A stretch of DNA of 64,000 bases from contig CAXIUT010000205.1 of NCBI GenBank assembly GCA_964035545.1, positions 1-64,000 of the forward strand, given 5' to 3'. This document shows positions 1 to 12,269 of this stretch, one piece after another. Numbering within the stretch: the stretch's first letter is position 1; each line of letters begins with the position of its first letter. The DNA is from Bugula neritina. Lineage: Eukaryota > Animalia > Bryozoa. The position numbers and the translations under genes are program-made. The notes below the pieces were generated by a model, which did not search any database, was not told the DNA's origin, and saw nothing but the letters and a program-made list of their open reading frames with translations.

Positions 1-1884
1 AGTACAATACAAATGTATTTTTTAAATAGAAAGGAATACACTTTTGATGTTTTACTTTCTATTAAAAGTAAAGAAAAAACGAGTTTAAATAGTTACAATA
101 CTATATTGTTTTTATTATTAGTGATTAAGAACATAAAAAAACAAGTTTTTTTAAAAGAACACTTGTTGGTTTTTAAAAAAGAAAAAAAACACATATTGTC
201 TTCTTTTTTAAAAAGAGAACCTTTTTCAAAGAATCAATATTTATTTAAGAATAAAACTGTACACTTACTATCAGATAATACGAAGTTTTTATCTAATAAT
301 ACCTCGGTAACTGCTACTAAGCAGGTGCGTTTTATACTTAGCTTTTTAAAAAAGTACCATTTCTTAAAAAATTATTTATCGTTTAAATCATGAAACTGAT
401 TTAATTACTTATCATTTAATAAATTAAAATTAAAAATGAGACTGTTTTTTTTTATTAATAGTTTCCAAAGTACAGTCAATAAAAGACTAAGATTATTTTT
501 TTTAAAAATAAAAAACAAGTTTTTTAATTTTTTAAATAGGTGAGCGAACACGAACCCAAAAATAATGCCTTTTCATAGACGGGCGAAGCTGTTTGCACAT
601 TTTAAAGGTTTTATAAGACATTTAAAACACCTATATGTTTCGAGATTAAATAATAATACTGGAAAAAAAAAACCTTCTTTAAATAGGTATCATACTTTGT
701 TTAACACCCATTTAAAATTCAAGTTTCTATCTATTTTAGGTAAAAGAAAATTATTAAAAGAATTAACTTTTCTCCATACAAGAAAAAAAATTTTAAAAAT
801 GTTCTTGAAAATCTATTATAATATTAATTATAATACTTTTTTCTACTTTATAAGAAACTTAAAGTATAAGCTTAATATAACAAAGATAAAAGACTTTGTG
901 TTTTTTTTGGAATATAAATCAAATATCTTTTTAAAAAAGTACTTTTTTTTAAATCTTAACGAGATAGAGAAGTTATACCAGAATAATTTTTTTAAAAAAA
1001 AACATTTGTCTAATTGCTTATTAAATATAGGTGATATAATTTATCTAAATAGGCATAGAACTAATTTAAATTATAAAAAGTTTATGTTATTTTTAAATTT
1101 TATTTTTTTTGTAGATCCTTTTAGATTAAAAAAAAAAAAACACATTTTAAATTCGTTATATAATTTTGTATATAACTCTTTGTCTTTTAATAAACTAAAA
1201 AAACATAATGTCTTTAAATCTACTAAAGCTCTTAATTTAAATACTATTAATAATTGATATGTTAATCTTTTTTCTAAGATATTACTTTTTAATAAAAAAG
1301 AAGCGCCTTACACTTTTTATAAAAGTGTAATTTGATTTTACAATCAAAATTATGAAATTAACAAAATAAATTCTATATCTACTAGTAGGACCAATCATTT
1401 ATATTTGAAATATTTGTTACCTCTTTTTTCAAGAACAAACTCTTATATACGATACAATCTTATTTCTTTTTGTAAAAAAGCAAATTTCAGTAACATATAT
1501 AGCCCCACTGGTGAGGTAAAAACATATATACTAAATAATAAATACTGAAAATTTAAAGACTGATTGATTAAGAATAAAAAAAATGTAGTAAAACACCTTT
1601 TAGTGAATAATCATAAAAAAAGTGTTTTTTCTAATTGACGTAGGTATAATAATCATTTTTATAGATGATCTAAATATAGTTATTATGTGAATAGACGTAA
1701 TACATTAAAAAATATTTTTTTTTCTAAAAAAAGATCTGTGTCTAAAAACTATATTATAAATAACAAATTAAGTCCTTATATAAAAGATACAACTTTTTTA
1801 CCATTAAATTATTATAAATTAAATCTATTAAAACACATCAATTTTTTTAATAATAAAAAAAGTAAATTGAAATCCATAATATAA
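1..1884 (+). CDS. rps4: Expanded rps4-like protein, 3' part (complete copy at 57611-60001)
   Basis: ORFs 13-393, 565-1257 and 1687-1884 share a frame and are joined through TGA codons. S4-like segment 'KMFLKIYYN...FVFFLEYKSNIFL...LLNIGDIIYL'. Confidence 0.55.
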
Positions 1885-1888
1885 TTTG

Positions 1889-2815
1889 ATGTTTTTATAT
1901 AGTACCACACATTTTTTTATAAAAAAACATTGTTTTTTTATATATAAAAACGCCACACTTATTAGACACAAGCGTCTTTTTAAGGGGGTTAGGTCGTTAA
2001 TAAGACAGTTATTGGTACATTTGTTTGATTTGTATAAAAAAACTTTAAATAATTACAATGTTTATTTGAATACAATAAATTTAAAAAACAAATCTAACCA
2101 TAGTTATAATAACACTATTATAAAATTATTTTTGTATAGTTATTCTTTAATGTCTAATTTGAATGTCTTCAAAAAAGCTTTAAATAATTATGTCTTCTCT
2201 TTTTTTAGTATTTATTTAAATTTAAAGAATGTAGTATTTTTAAATAAAAAAACTTATTTATATAAGTTGTACATTTTTGTTTTTTTATATTATTTCTTTA
2301 GTGATTTAAAAGATACAAACTTTTTCGTATTAAACAAATTATATCTGTGTTTTAATTACTATTCTATAATAAATAGTTTTCATGACTCTTTAATAAAATG
2401 TTACTCCACTAATCTGAAGGTAGACTCATTGAACACTGATTCTATATTTAATAATAGTAACAATAAAATGTTTTATTTTTACCTGTTTAAAGTGCTTCGT
2501 TTTAAACATTTCAATTTTAATACGCCTTCGAGAACAACTGCTTCTTTTTATATATCATATAAATCCTCTTATTTAAATATATTTATTATGAGACATTTTT
2601 ATAGTAATTATAGGTCTTTTATGACACATTTTAAATATTTTTTATATGGATATAAAAAATATTTTTATACTTCTATGTATCTGTACTCCTCATGACGGTT
2701 TTTTTTTAGATACAGTTATGCTCGTTACTTAAATAGTCTAAATATAACAGCAAGATTAGATACAACAAAATCAAAAAAGTTAAAAAACGTTTTAAAACTG
2801 AAGTTTGTATTTTAA
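1889..2815 (+). CDS. Hypothetical protein (~308 aa)
   Basis: Open under code 4 from ATG 1889 to TAA 2815 and tightly packed between neighbours. No recognisable motif. Confidence 0.6.
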
Positions 2816-2820
2816 AATAA

Positions 2821-3222
2821 ATGAATAACATAAAAAAACCTTTTTTTAATAAAAGCATTAATATAAAAAATAGAGTGTTTTTCAACGATAATAGTTACTA
2901 TGTTATTGCAGGAGATACTTGTTTTTTGTCTAAAAAATGTATAGACTCTTGTCTTAGAATAATACGTTTTTATATTAGAAGAGCCACAACAAAAAAGAAT
3001 AAAAAAGTTATTACTTGTTTACAATTAAATATACCTGTTACCAAAAAAAGTAAAAAGACCAGAATGGGTGCAGGTAAAGGTAAAGTCAAAAAATTACTTT
3101 CTAAAGTGTACATGAATAGTATAATGTTTATTTTTAAAAACGTAAAACCTTTTATAATGTATAAAGTCTTTAAGTATTTAAAATACCATATGCCTATAAA
3201 GATATTAATATATAAAACATAG
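2821..3222 (+). CDS. rpl16: Ribosomal protein L16
   Basis: Motif 'PVTKKSKKTRMGAGKG'. Confidence 0.93.
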   Translation: MNNIKKPFFNKSINIKNRVFFNDNSYYVIAGDTCFLSKKCIDSCLRIIRFYIRRATTKKNKKVITCLQLNIPVTKKSKKTRMGAGKGKVKKLLSKVYMNSIMFIFKNVKPFIMYKVFKYLKYHMPIKILIYKT

Positions 3223-3224
3223 AG

Positions 3225-3593
3225 ATGGTTTTAGTAGGTACACAATTACTTGTTTCAGATAATTCGGGGGCTATTTCAGTAAACTGTATAAAAATATTAG
3301 GTTCTAGTTTCTGTAATCACACTTATGTGGGTGATAAGTTAATAGTTTCAGTAAGAACTACATTTACAAGAGCGAAAACCTTACTACGTAATGTTTATAA
3401 GAGTGTTTTAATTAGACAAAAAACTTATACATATAGAAAAAGTGGTTTACGTATATGTTTTTCTTCAAACAGTGTTGTTCTTATAAAAATACGTAATGAA
3501 CCAATAGGTACTCGAGTAGTCGGATGTACTTTACAGGAATTAAGGTATAAAAAGTTTTTAAAGATAATGTTACTTTCTTGGAAAACCATATAG
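3225..3593 (+). CDS. rpl14: Ribosomal protein L14
   Basis: 'VSDNSGA...CIKILG...VGD...PIGTRV'. Confidence 0.96.
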   Translation: MVLVGTQLLVSDNSGAISVNCIKILGSSFCNHTYVGDKLIVSVRTTFTRAKTLLRNVYKSVLIRQKTYTYRKSGLRICFSSNSVVLIKIRNEPIGTRVVGCTLQELRYKKFLKIMLLSWKTI

Positions 3594-3601
3594 CTTGTGA
3601 T

Positions 3602-4138
3602 ATGTTATTTTATAAAGATTACAATAGTTTTATTTATTTTTTAAATATAAAAGAGAAAGTACATTTTTTTTACAATAGGTTTAAGCAATGAACGAGCATA
3701 ATACAACTTTTAATACACCGTATTAAAATAAAATATACTATATTGCCTTCTATAGATAACAATATTATCTTTTCTAACAATAAATTATTTTTTAATAATT
3801 TATTTTTTAATACGTTTTTTAATAACAATAAAAATACTAAATATAATACATATTTTTTAAATATAAAAATAACATTGCTATTTAATAACCATTACTATAC
3901 ATTAATTAATATTATGAATAATACGTTTTATAAAAAAATATATATGGAAAAAACAAGATCACATATTAATTTCTTAAAACAAATTACAATTCATAATAAT
4001 AATATATATAAAGTCTTTAATAATGTGTTTTTACAATTAAAAAAAATTAAACCTATGTGTTATATATACTTCTTTTTTAATACAAACAATTATTTTTTTA
4101 ATAAATTAATACTAAGTCATTTGTTTATAAACATTTAA
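3602..4138 (+). CDS. Probable divergent ribosomal protein L5 (178 aa)
   Basis: Open under code 4 from ATG 3602. Size and position after rpl14 (spc order) fit rpl5; sequence similarity is weak by eye. Confidence 0.45.
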
Positions 4139-4141
4139 GAT

Positions 4142-5716
4142 ATGATGCTGCATTTATTTAAAACAAAACAAGTAGAAACAAAGAACGAATATATAGAGGG
4201 GTGATGTCGACTTATAGTCTCTAATGGTACCACATCTAGAGAAACAACTGAGCCTAATGAAATTTTAAACAACACAAAACGTAATGTATTTAACAATAAA
4301 GCTAAAGGACTTTTTAGAAGAACAGAGGTAATATTCAAGGCTAATAGATACTATTCTACATCTACTCACCTAAAAGAGAGAAAGTTTTGTCTTGACGTGT
4401 TTTCCAAAGATTGTCTTGACTTGTTGTCCAATCTAACAAATAATCTTGTAACACAGAAGAGATTATTTGTTAGAGGTACTTCTAATTTTAATTATTTTAA
4501 TTATTCTTATAAATCGAATAGGTATTTTAAATGAAATAGCTTATCTTATGAAAAAATGATTAAACTATTTTCTTATGAATTTAAAGAACTTAATAATGCC
4601 GTGCATATTTTTTTCTTTTCTTCTCTTTTAATTAAATATTTAGTATGTATATCTAAAAATAAAATATTTTTATTATTCAATGAATTTATATTTTTTAAAT
4701 TAAAGAATCTATTAAATATAATTTTTAAGAATTCTTTTAATAAGTTATTTAATTTAAATTATATAGAATATTTTTATATTTTTAATTACATCTACAAAAG
4801 AAAACATGATTTGTTTCTGTATAAATCCGAAGTAAAGAATTTATACAATAATGAGAAAGTACTTAGCTCTTTAAAAAAGAATTTACTTAATAAATTCTTT
4901 AGTAAGTATTGATTAAGAGGTAGTTACGTACATACATTTGTAATGAAATATATGTTACGCTTTTATAGAAACTTTTCTTCTAAAGAAGGTAAATATGTAA
5001 GACGTTCTTTTAAGAGATATAGCTTTCGTAAATTATTTGAACTAAATGCGAAGAATAATTGATTGGATAACATTTATAAGCCTTCTTCTAATAACAATTT
5101 AGAAAAAAAAATATTTCGTTACAAAAGTCTTTATAAAAAATATAAGTCTTTTTATAATACTTCTAATGTATCAGTCTACCGAGAAAATGGAATGGATAAA
5201 AGCCATTTGAAAAAAAAAATATTTCAGAAAAGATCTTTTAACAAACAAATATTTATTTATCAAATAAAAACATTATTTCACTTAAGTAAAAGTAATTTAA
5301 GAAGAAATCTCTTTTTGAATAATATACTAAAAACAAATTTTATTTTTAAACATAATAATTTGAAAAAGACTCTTATTAAAAAGTGTTTGACTAATTGATA
5401 TTGAGAGAAAACAACAAATGCTATGAAAAAAAATAAGAGATTTTTTTTTAAAAACAATACTTATTTAAAAAAAAATATGAGATATGCTTCTTATTATTTT
5501 AATTCTTTTTTTAAATATGAAATAAAAATAATAAATTATTTTTATTTATATTTAAAAAAAAGTTTATTTTATTTAAAAAGTACGGATATTTTTTCTATGT
5601 TCAAACAGTATATTTTCATTTATAAGTTCGATTGTACAAATATTAATATAGATAATTTAAATAAATTGTCTATCAACTTTTTTTTAAATTATAACGTAAA
5701 CTTCTTAAAAAGTTAA
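4142..5716 (+). CDS. Hypothetical protein (524 aa)
   Basis: Three listed ORFs plus upstream sequence form one frame through TGA codons, ATG 4142 to TAA 5716. Confidence 0.7.
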
Positions 5717-5739
5717 CTTTTTTTTTTATAAAAACAAAT

Positions 5740-6624
5740 ATGTTCTCTAAAAATTATAGACCTCGTCATTATTATAATAATATTTTATTTACTCCTTGAC
5801 CTTTTTTTATCGGTGTTTGTTTATTTCAAATAATATTTGTATTTATATTCTTATTAAATAAATATTATTTATTTAGTTATACAATAACTTATCTAATTTT
5901 TTTTATTACATTATATATAACTATAGAATCAATAATACAATGATTTATGGAAATAGTTGAAGAATCTTTTTTTGGTAAGTATACAAAAAAACTTAGAGCA
6001 GCTCTTTCTTTTGGTTTTATGCTATTTCTAATTTCAGAAATAATGCTTTTTGGATCATTCTTTTGAGTGTTTTTTGATAGAATTTTTCATACTTCTTATG
6101 TAACAGGTTTTTTAACAGTACCTACAAGTATAGAGGCTATCAGATGATTTAAAGAACCTTTGTACGCAACAATTATATTAGTTGCATCAGGTTATACAGG
6201 TAATTACTCTTGTTATCTATATAAATCAAGGAAAATAGTATTAGCTTATCTGTTTAGTATTTTAACGAATCTATTAGGTATGTTTTTTTTATATATACAG
6301 TATAGTGAATATACTCATTTAGAATTTAGTATATCTGATAATGTGTACTGTAGTATTTTTTTTTTATTAACAGGTTTTCATGGGATTCATGTAATAGTAG
6401 GTAATATATTTTTATTTACACAATATCTGTTAAAGTTTTTTTATATTGATAATAAAGTATTTGGTTTAACATTAGCTTTAATATATTGACATTTCGTAGA
6501 TGTAATATGAATATTTTTGTTTGTATTTGTTTATGTCTTTAATAACATAGATTATCTGTTCTTAAAAGGAGAAGCACTTCTTTATTATAGTGAGAACTTC
6601 ACTTACTTTTTAAATAGCAGATAA
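5740..6624 (+). CDS. cox3: Cytochrome c oxidase subunit 3
   Basis: 'TPWPFF', 'LFLISEIMLF', 'TGFHGIHV', 'YWHFVDVIW' with W=TGA. Confidence 0.96.
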
Positions 6625-7236
6625 ATGTTATTTAATTATATTTACATATTTTATATACTTATAATATTTTCTTCTTTTTTAATGATAGTTTCAAATAATC
6701 CAATACATTCTGTATTTTTTTTTATATCTATATTTCTTAATAGTTCAATAATTATTATTTTGCATAATATAGATTTTTTAGGATTCTTACTTCTAATAGT
6801 TTATGTAGGTGCAATAGCGATACTGTTTTTATTCGTAGTTATGATGACTAATATAAAGAGAATTGAAAACGATACGACAATCCATTTTTTTATAGGTATT
6901 TGTGTTTTTTTAATATTTGTTGTACAGTTCTTTTATATTTTTTATAATAATATTGTTTTTTACATACCTAATAATTTATTAATAAACATAAATGATTTTG
7001 AATTTATTAACTATTTAAATGTGTCAGACGAGTATAACAGAACCTACTTAATTAAACAAATAGGTGTTCTTTTGTTTTTAAAGTATTATTTGTTTGTATT
7101 TTTTACCGGTTTATTACTTTTAGTAGCTTTAATAGGTTGTATACACTTAACGAATTTTAAAAAAGGTTACTCTATGAGGAAACAATATAATCAATATTTT
7201 AGAAAGTATAATTTAATAAACATACAAACTTATTAA
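6625..7236 (+). CDS. nad6: NADH dehydrogenase subunit 6
   Basis: 'NPIHSV', 'IVYVGAIAILFLFVVMM'. Confidence 0.96.
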   Translation: MLFNYIYIFYILIIFSSFLMIVSNNPIHSVFFFISIFLNSSIIIILHNIDFLGFLLLIVYVGAIAILFLFVVMMTNIKRIENDTTIHFFIGICVFLIFVVQFFYIFYNNIVFYIPNNLLININDFEFINYLNVSDEYNRTYLIKQIGVLLFLKYYLFVFFTGLLLLVALIGCIHLTNFKKGYSMRKQYNQYFRKYNLINIQTY

Positions 7237-7238
7237 GT

Positions 7239-8318
7239 ATGAAAAAAAAAATCTTAAACGTCTTATATTTATATAATATACATATCGGTCATAATTACAA
7301 TTATAATACAGAGTTAAATAATTATATTCTAGGTAAACGATTAGGCTTTTATATAATCGATTTATCAAAATCTTTTATATTATTAAAGAAAGCTTTGTTT
7401 TTTGTACATAATTTATCGTTAAAACATTGTAGCTTCTTATTTTATTATAGCCAATACCCTAAAATGGAACTTTGATATAGATGTTTGTTATTAAGTTTAA
7501 TAAAGAAACACTCTCAATCAATTGTAATACATAATTGAATTTATGGCTCCATTAGTAATTATTATTTTACTTTTTTTCATTTAATAAAAGAAATACATGA
7601 TACGTGATTAAATCATAATATTTATTTGTCTCCGAAGAAACATTTAAATAAGCATATTTATACCTATTATAATAGTAACAGTGAAGAATCTCTTTATTCT
7701 TTTTTTCATTATAAATTTTTATTACTAAAACATAAAAATAAAAGTAATACCCATCTAAAGAGTTTTAAGTGGTATAGGCATTGGTTAAGAAAACAAAACC
7801 AATATAGAGTCTGGAAGTTAAAAAAAGTGTCTAGTTACTACTTTAATTTTTTAAAAAAATTATTTTTCAATGATATTTACAATGTATTTAAAAAAAAAAC
7901 ACATTTTAATTTCAAATACTTGTTTTTAAAATTATTTTATTTTTTAAATCTAAAAAAAAAAGATTATTTTTTTTGGGATTCGGAAGTAGAATTAAAAAAA
8001 AAAAATTATTATATACATAACAAATTTAAAATATACTGACGACTGATATTATATTTTAAATATTTTAATAATTTTTTTCAATTACCAGAAGCCTTTTTTT
8101 GTATTTTTCCGGATACGAATGATAACCCTTTGCGAGAATATAGTAATGCAGGGTTAAATTCTATTGGCTTAGTCGATACAAATAACAGTTTAGATAATAT
8201 TAATTATCCTATTATAAGTAATGATGATTCTATTGTTATAATTTTTTTTTATTATTCATTAATTTCAAATATATTATCTAAAAATAAATTATATTTCTAT
8301 AAACTTTTTTGTAGATAG
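7239..8318 (+). CDS. rps2: Ribosomal protein S2 (359 aa, internal insertion)
   Basis: 'HIGH...YILGKR...IIDL' at the N-terminus and 'IGLVDTN...YPIISNDDS' at the C-terminus, one frame through TGA. Confidence 0.9.
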
Positions 8319-8399
8319 ATTACTTATGTATACTTGCTTACCTATTTTATACTTGCTTACTTGAGATCTTAAAGTTTTAAATATATATAATAATCTATT

Positions 8400-9038
8400 A
8401 TGTTAATAAATAATAAGAATATTACTTTTTCTTTAAAAAAATATAATATACAAAATTATATATTTTTAATAATAACGATTCTAGATGCTTTGGATATAGC
8501 ATTACCTAGATTCTGTTACCATGACCAATTAACTACCAGTGGTAATTGTAGAATGTGTCTTGTAGAATTAGAAGGTTCAACCGTGCCTTTAGTGTCTTGT
8601 TCTACTATTTACACGAACAATATGGTACTATATACACATACCTCTTTTTTAAGACAAAGTCAAGAATACATAATTGAATTTATATTATTAAATCATCCTT
8701 TAGATTGTCCTATTTGTGACCAATCTGGTGAATGTGATTTACAAGATATATCTTTAATATTTGGATCTGATAAAAGTAGATTATATCATGTCAAGAAATC
8801 TATAATTAATAAATATTTAGGTTATTTGATAAAGACAGAGATGAATAGATGCATTTATTGTACTAGATGCGTTAGGTATACTTTTGAAATAAACAATATC
8901 TATACATTTAATACTTTAGGTAGAGGGGTATATACTGAAGTGTCCAATTATTATGGTAATAATAATTCTTTTTATACGAGCTATATAAATGGTAATGTTA
9001 TTGATTTATGTCCAGTGTCTACTATAATTAATTATTAG
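8400..9038 (+). CDS. nad11: NADH dehydrogenase subunit 11, N-terminal Fe-S part (nad11a)
   Basis: 'PRFCYH...GNCRMCLVE', 'NHPLDCPICDQSGECDLQD', 'RCIYCTRCVR', ending 'IDLCPV-STIINY' TAG. Confidence 0.93.
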   Translation: MLINNKNITFSLKKYNIQNYIFLIITILDALDIALPRFCYHDQLTTSGNCRMCLVELEGSTVPLVSCSTIYTNNMVLYTHTSFLRQSQEYIIEFILLNHPLDCPICDQSGECDLQDISLIFGSDKSRLYHVKKSIINKYLGYLIKTEMNRCIYCTRCVRYTFEINNIYTFNTLGRGVYTEVSNYYGNNNSFYTSYINGNVIDLCPVSTIINY

Positions 9039-9039
9039 T

Positions 9040-10524
9040 ATGGGTGCATTATCCTCTAAACCGTATCTATTTAAAAATAAGACTTGAGAGCTCTTTAGTA
9101 TAGAGTCTGTAGACATTTTTGATAGTCTCTGTAATAAAATACAGTTTCATGTTAAAGATAACGTTATCGAGAGGGTGTTACCTAGAATAACATTACATTT
9201 AAGTGATGATTGGATAACTGATAAAATACGCTTTTGTTATGATGGTTTTTATAAGCAACGATTATCATTACCTGGGTATAACTATAAAAGACTATGTGTT
9301 GGTATTTCTTATTTATGACATTTAATGCTGTGTAGTTGACATTTGTGCTTTGATAAAATAAAAATAAGTTATTATTTATACTTTAATAAGAGTATGAATA
9401 ATTACCATTTTTATAGTGGGCACTTAATAGATACTTTTAGTTTATATTCGTTAAAACAACTATCTTCTTTTATTGGGTTTCATAATATCAATATAAATTT
9501 GAACTTTAATATCGATTTGAGGAAATATTTTATTTTTAATAATAATATTAATAATTTTGATTCTAATAATCTTTTCTTAATATTAGGTACTAATCCTAAA
9601 GTAGACACACCTATTTTGAACATTAAAATCAGGAAAATAAAATTTTATTTCAATAAAAAAATAGACATTTTTTATATAGGAAATAAAATGCTTATTAATT
9701 ATTCTATGATACATTTAGGTATTACAAATAAAAGTTTTACTAGTATATTATTAGGTAAAAGTTTCTCTTGTTATAGTATTCTTAAAGTTTGTAACATACT
9801 TTGTTTGTTTAGTATAAGTTTTAATTTAATAAAAAGTCATCTTATGTTGTTAACGTTAGATAACCTTTCTTTTTTTTTAAAAAAACAGAACTTCATTTAT
9901 AACTATATAACATTGTTTTCAAGTGATGTATCTATATATGAATTAGGTCTGAATTCGTATTACTACTCTAATAATTTATATATTAATAGATCTAAATTGA
10001 ATTGAATATACTTATTAGGAGTAGATTATACGAAGCATATGTTTTTCAAATTAAAAAAAGTTTTCTGTATATATCATGGACATCATGGTGATAATGGTAT
10101 TTCTAGTTCGAATATTGTTATTCCTAGTAAAATGTTTATTGAAAATACAAGTTATTTTCTAAACTGTGAGGGACGTTTTTTTATTACAAATACTATTATC
10201 AATAGCGAGAAAAAAGAAAATTCGAATGAATCTATTTTATATAATTTATTTACTTATATAAGTAAGAAGTTAATTAAATACATAAAATTAAAAAACTTAT
10301 TTACAGTGTTTTTTTATAAGTTACCTGTTTTTTTTACAAAATATAAATTTGTTTTAAAAAAGCATATAAAATGTTTTTTTAATTTACCTAATAAGTTGTT
10401 TAAGTGTTTTTTTTTTAATAATGTTTGAAATTACTATAATTTAGACGTAATAAGCAAGAATTCTTTTTACTTATCTTTTATACGTAATACAAACTTTTTT
10501 ATTTATAATTTCATACGTGTCTAA
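9040..10524 (+). CDS. nad11: NADH dehydrogenase subunit 11, C-terminal part (nad11b)
   Basis: Starts 'MGALSSKPYLFKNKTWEL'; 'WITDKIRFCYDG', 'YHGHHGD', 'NCEGR'. One frame under code 4. Confidence 0.9.
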
Positions 10525-11287
10525 TTCATTTAAAATTATATCTGTTATATCTGTAATATCTATTGTACTTCTTTTATGATTAATAAAACTCATAATATTT
10601 GTACTTTTATGTGTGTTACATTACATTTCAATTTCTTTTTTCTACAATAGAGAAAAGTTTTTAGGGGCCATACATAAACTAAAAGTAGAACTCTACAGCA
10701 AAAAAGCTTCTTTTTTTTACGCTTCTAATATAAAGTCAATAACTCAACACAAAAAGTGTTTTACTTATATCCATGCAGCGGCTCTTGAGAATAGTTTTGA
10801 CGCGTTTATTATAAGAGGTTCTGCTGCTCATGTAATTTACCACATGACTGATTATATTAGAACTTACATTCATGATAAAATGAGACTTGTTCATCCAGGT
10901 AGGTATTCATATACTACGTTTGAATCACTTATGAAAGTGGACCTGGCTATTTTAAAGAGAAATTTGACTACTAGGGATAGATCACATCCATTACATTTTG
11001 CATTTCTTGTACTTAACGCGTTAGACGAACATCGTTGACTAACTAATTTACGTTTTGATAGGTGGTCTTTGTTATTAGACCGCATTTGAAACACTTGTGT
11101 CTCTGAAGTATTTAGAGTGTATTATGGGCTTTCAGGATATTTACATTTACAATATGCACCATTTATGTGGCCATTCTTAGAGTTTGAAAGTTTACCATTA
11201 TGCTATTTCGAGTCTTTGCCATTCTCCACTTTACAAGTGATAATAGAAACTTCTCATAGTGATTGAGGAAGTTATAGTGATTTATAA
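10517..11287 (+). CDS. Hypothetical protein (~256 aa, N-terminal hydrophobic helix, probable GTG start)
   Basis: Frame open through TGA codons from GTG 10517 to TAA 11287. Start uncertain. Confidence 0.6.
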
Positions 11288-11453
11288 TATTTAAAACTGT
11301 TTATACGATTATTCTTATATTTCCGATGATTATTATACGGTATCTGAAATAAAGCACAATAAGCTTATAAATATAAGCGTTACTTTCTAACTGAAACACA
11401 AAATAGGGATACACTTGAGTACCTGTTTTTTAGTTGAGACTTTAAATTACGAA

Positions 11454-12266
11454 ATGAATTATAAATTAGCTAATGACCTTCGTTTGAGATATTTTAAAAT
11501 ACATAAAATTTGTAAGTCGATTGAACTAGTGACCTTATCGTTATTACATCTTTACAAAAAAAAACAAGAAACGGTCTTTTTTATAATTAGATTACTAAGC
11601 TGTTCTAATATATTACCTTTACAAATATCCAACTTTGTAAGTTTAAAATATTTATTAGTACCTTTTTTAACAGACAAAAGTTGTAGTGGTATACTTAATC
11701 ATTCAGTGTGGCACAAATCTAAAAACATATTTGACTTTTTTAATTATAAAAATATAATAGTACATATACATGGTACGAGTTTAAAATTTAAAAAATATAT
11801 AAATCTTTTTTCTTTAAATAAATACAGTATAGGTAATATTTTATTTTTATCAGATGAGAGTGTAAGTTATTATATGTCTTATGTCTTATTTAAATCAGTA
11901 ATGCATTTAAAGTACAGTCTATTTATTTTAATATTTAATGAGTGTTTAAACATCTATAGTCAATCGACAAATTATTATATTTTTTTGTCTTTATCTTTGT
12001 TTTTAAATATAATTATATTAGATAGATTTTTTTTATTAAGCAATAAAAAAATTTTAAAAAACTTATATTTTTATATAAACACTATAACGTTGTTAGATCT
12101 ATTACAAAATAATTGGTTTAGTGAGTTAGGCAGCAGAGCTACTTCAATGAAAAATTCTATTACCAATTCCAAAGAAAATCTGGATCGTTATACTTTGTTA
12201 TATAACCGTTTTAGACAATCTAAAATAACTAATGAAATAATTGAGATCATATCTTCTTTATTATAA
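11454..12266 (+). CDS. atp3: ATP synthase F1 gamma subunit
   Basis: C-terminal signature 'SELGSRATSMKNS...LYNRFRQSKITNEIIEI' and N-terminal 'KIHKICKSIELV' helix. Confidence 0.88.
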   Translation: MNYKLANDLRLRYFKIHKICKSIELVTLSLLHLYKKKQETVFFIIRLLSCSNILPLQISNFVSLKYLLVPFLTDKSCSGILNHSVWHKSKNIFDFFNYKNIIVHIHGTSLKFKKYINLFSLNKYSIGNILFLSDESVSYYMSYVLFKSVMHLKYSLFILIFNECLNIYSQSTNYYIFLSLSLFLNIIILDRFFLLSNKKILKNLYFYINTITLLDLLQNNWFSELGSRATSMKNSITNSKENLDRYTLLYNRFRQSKITNEIIEIISSLL

Positions 12267-12269
12267 TTT

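Noticed and set aside
9018-9038. Spliceosomal-type GT-AG mini-intron in nad11
   Set aside because: Mitochondria have no spliceosome, and that excision would add a Met inside CPVGAL.
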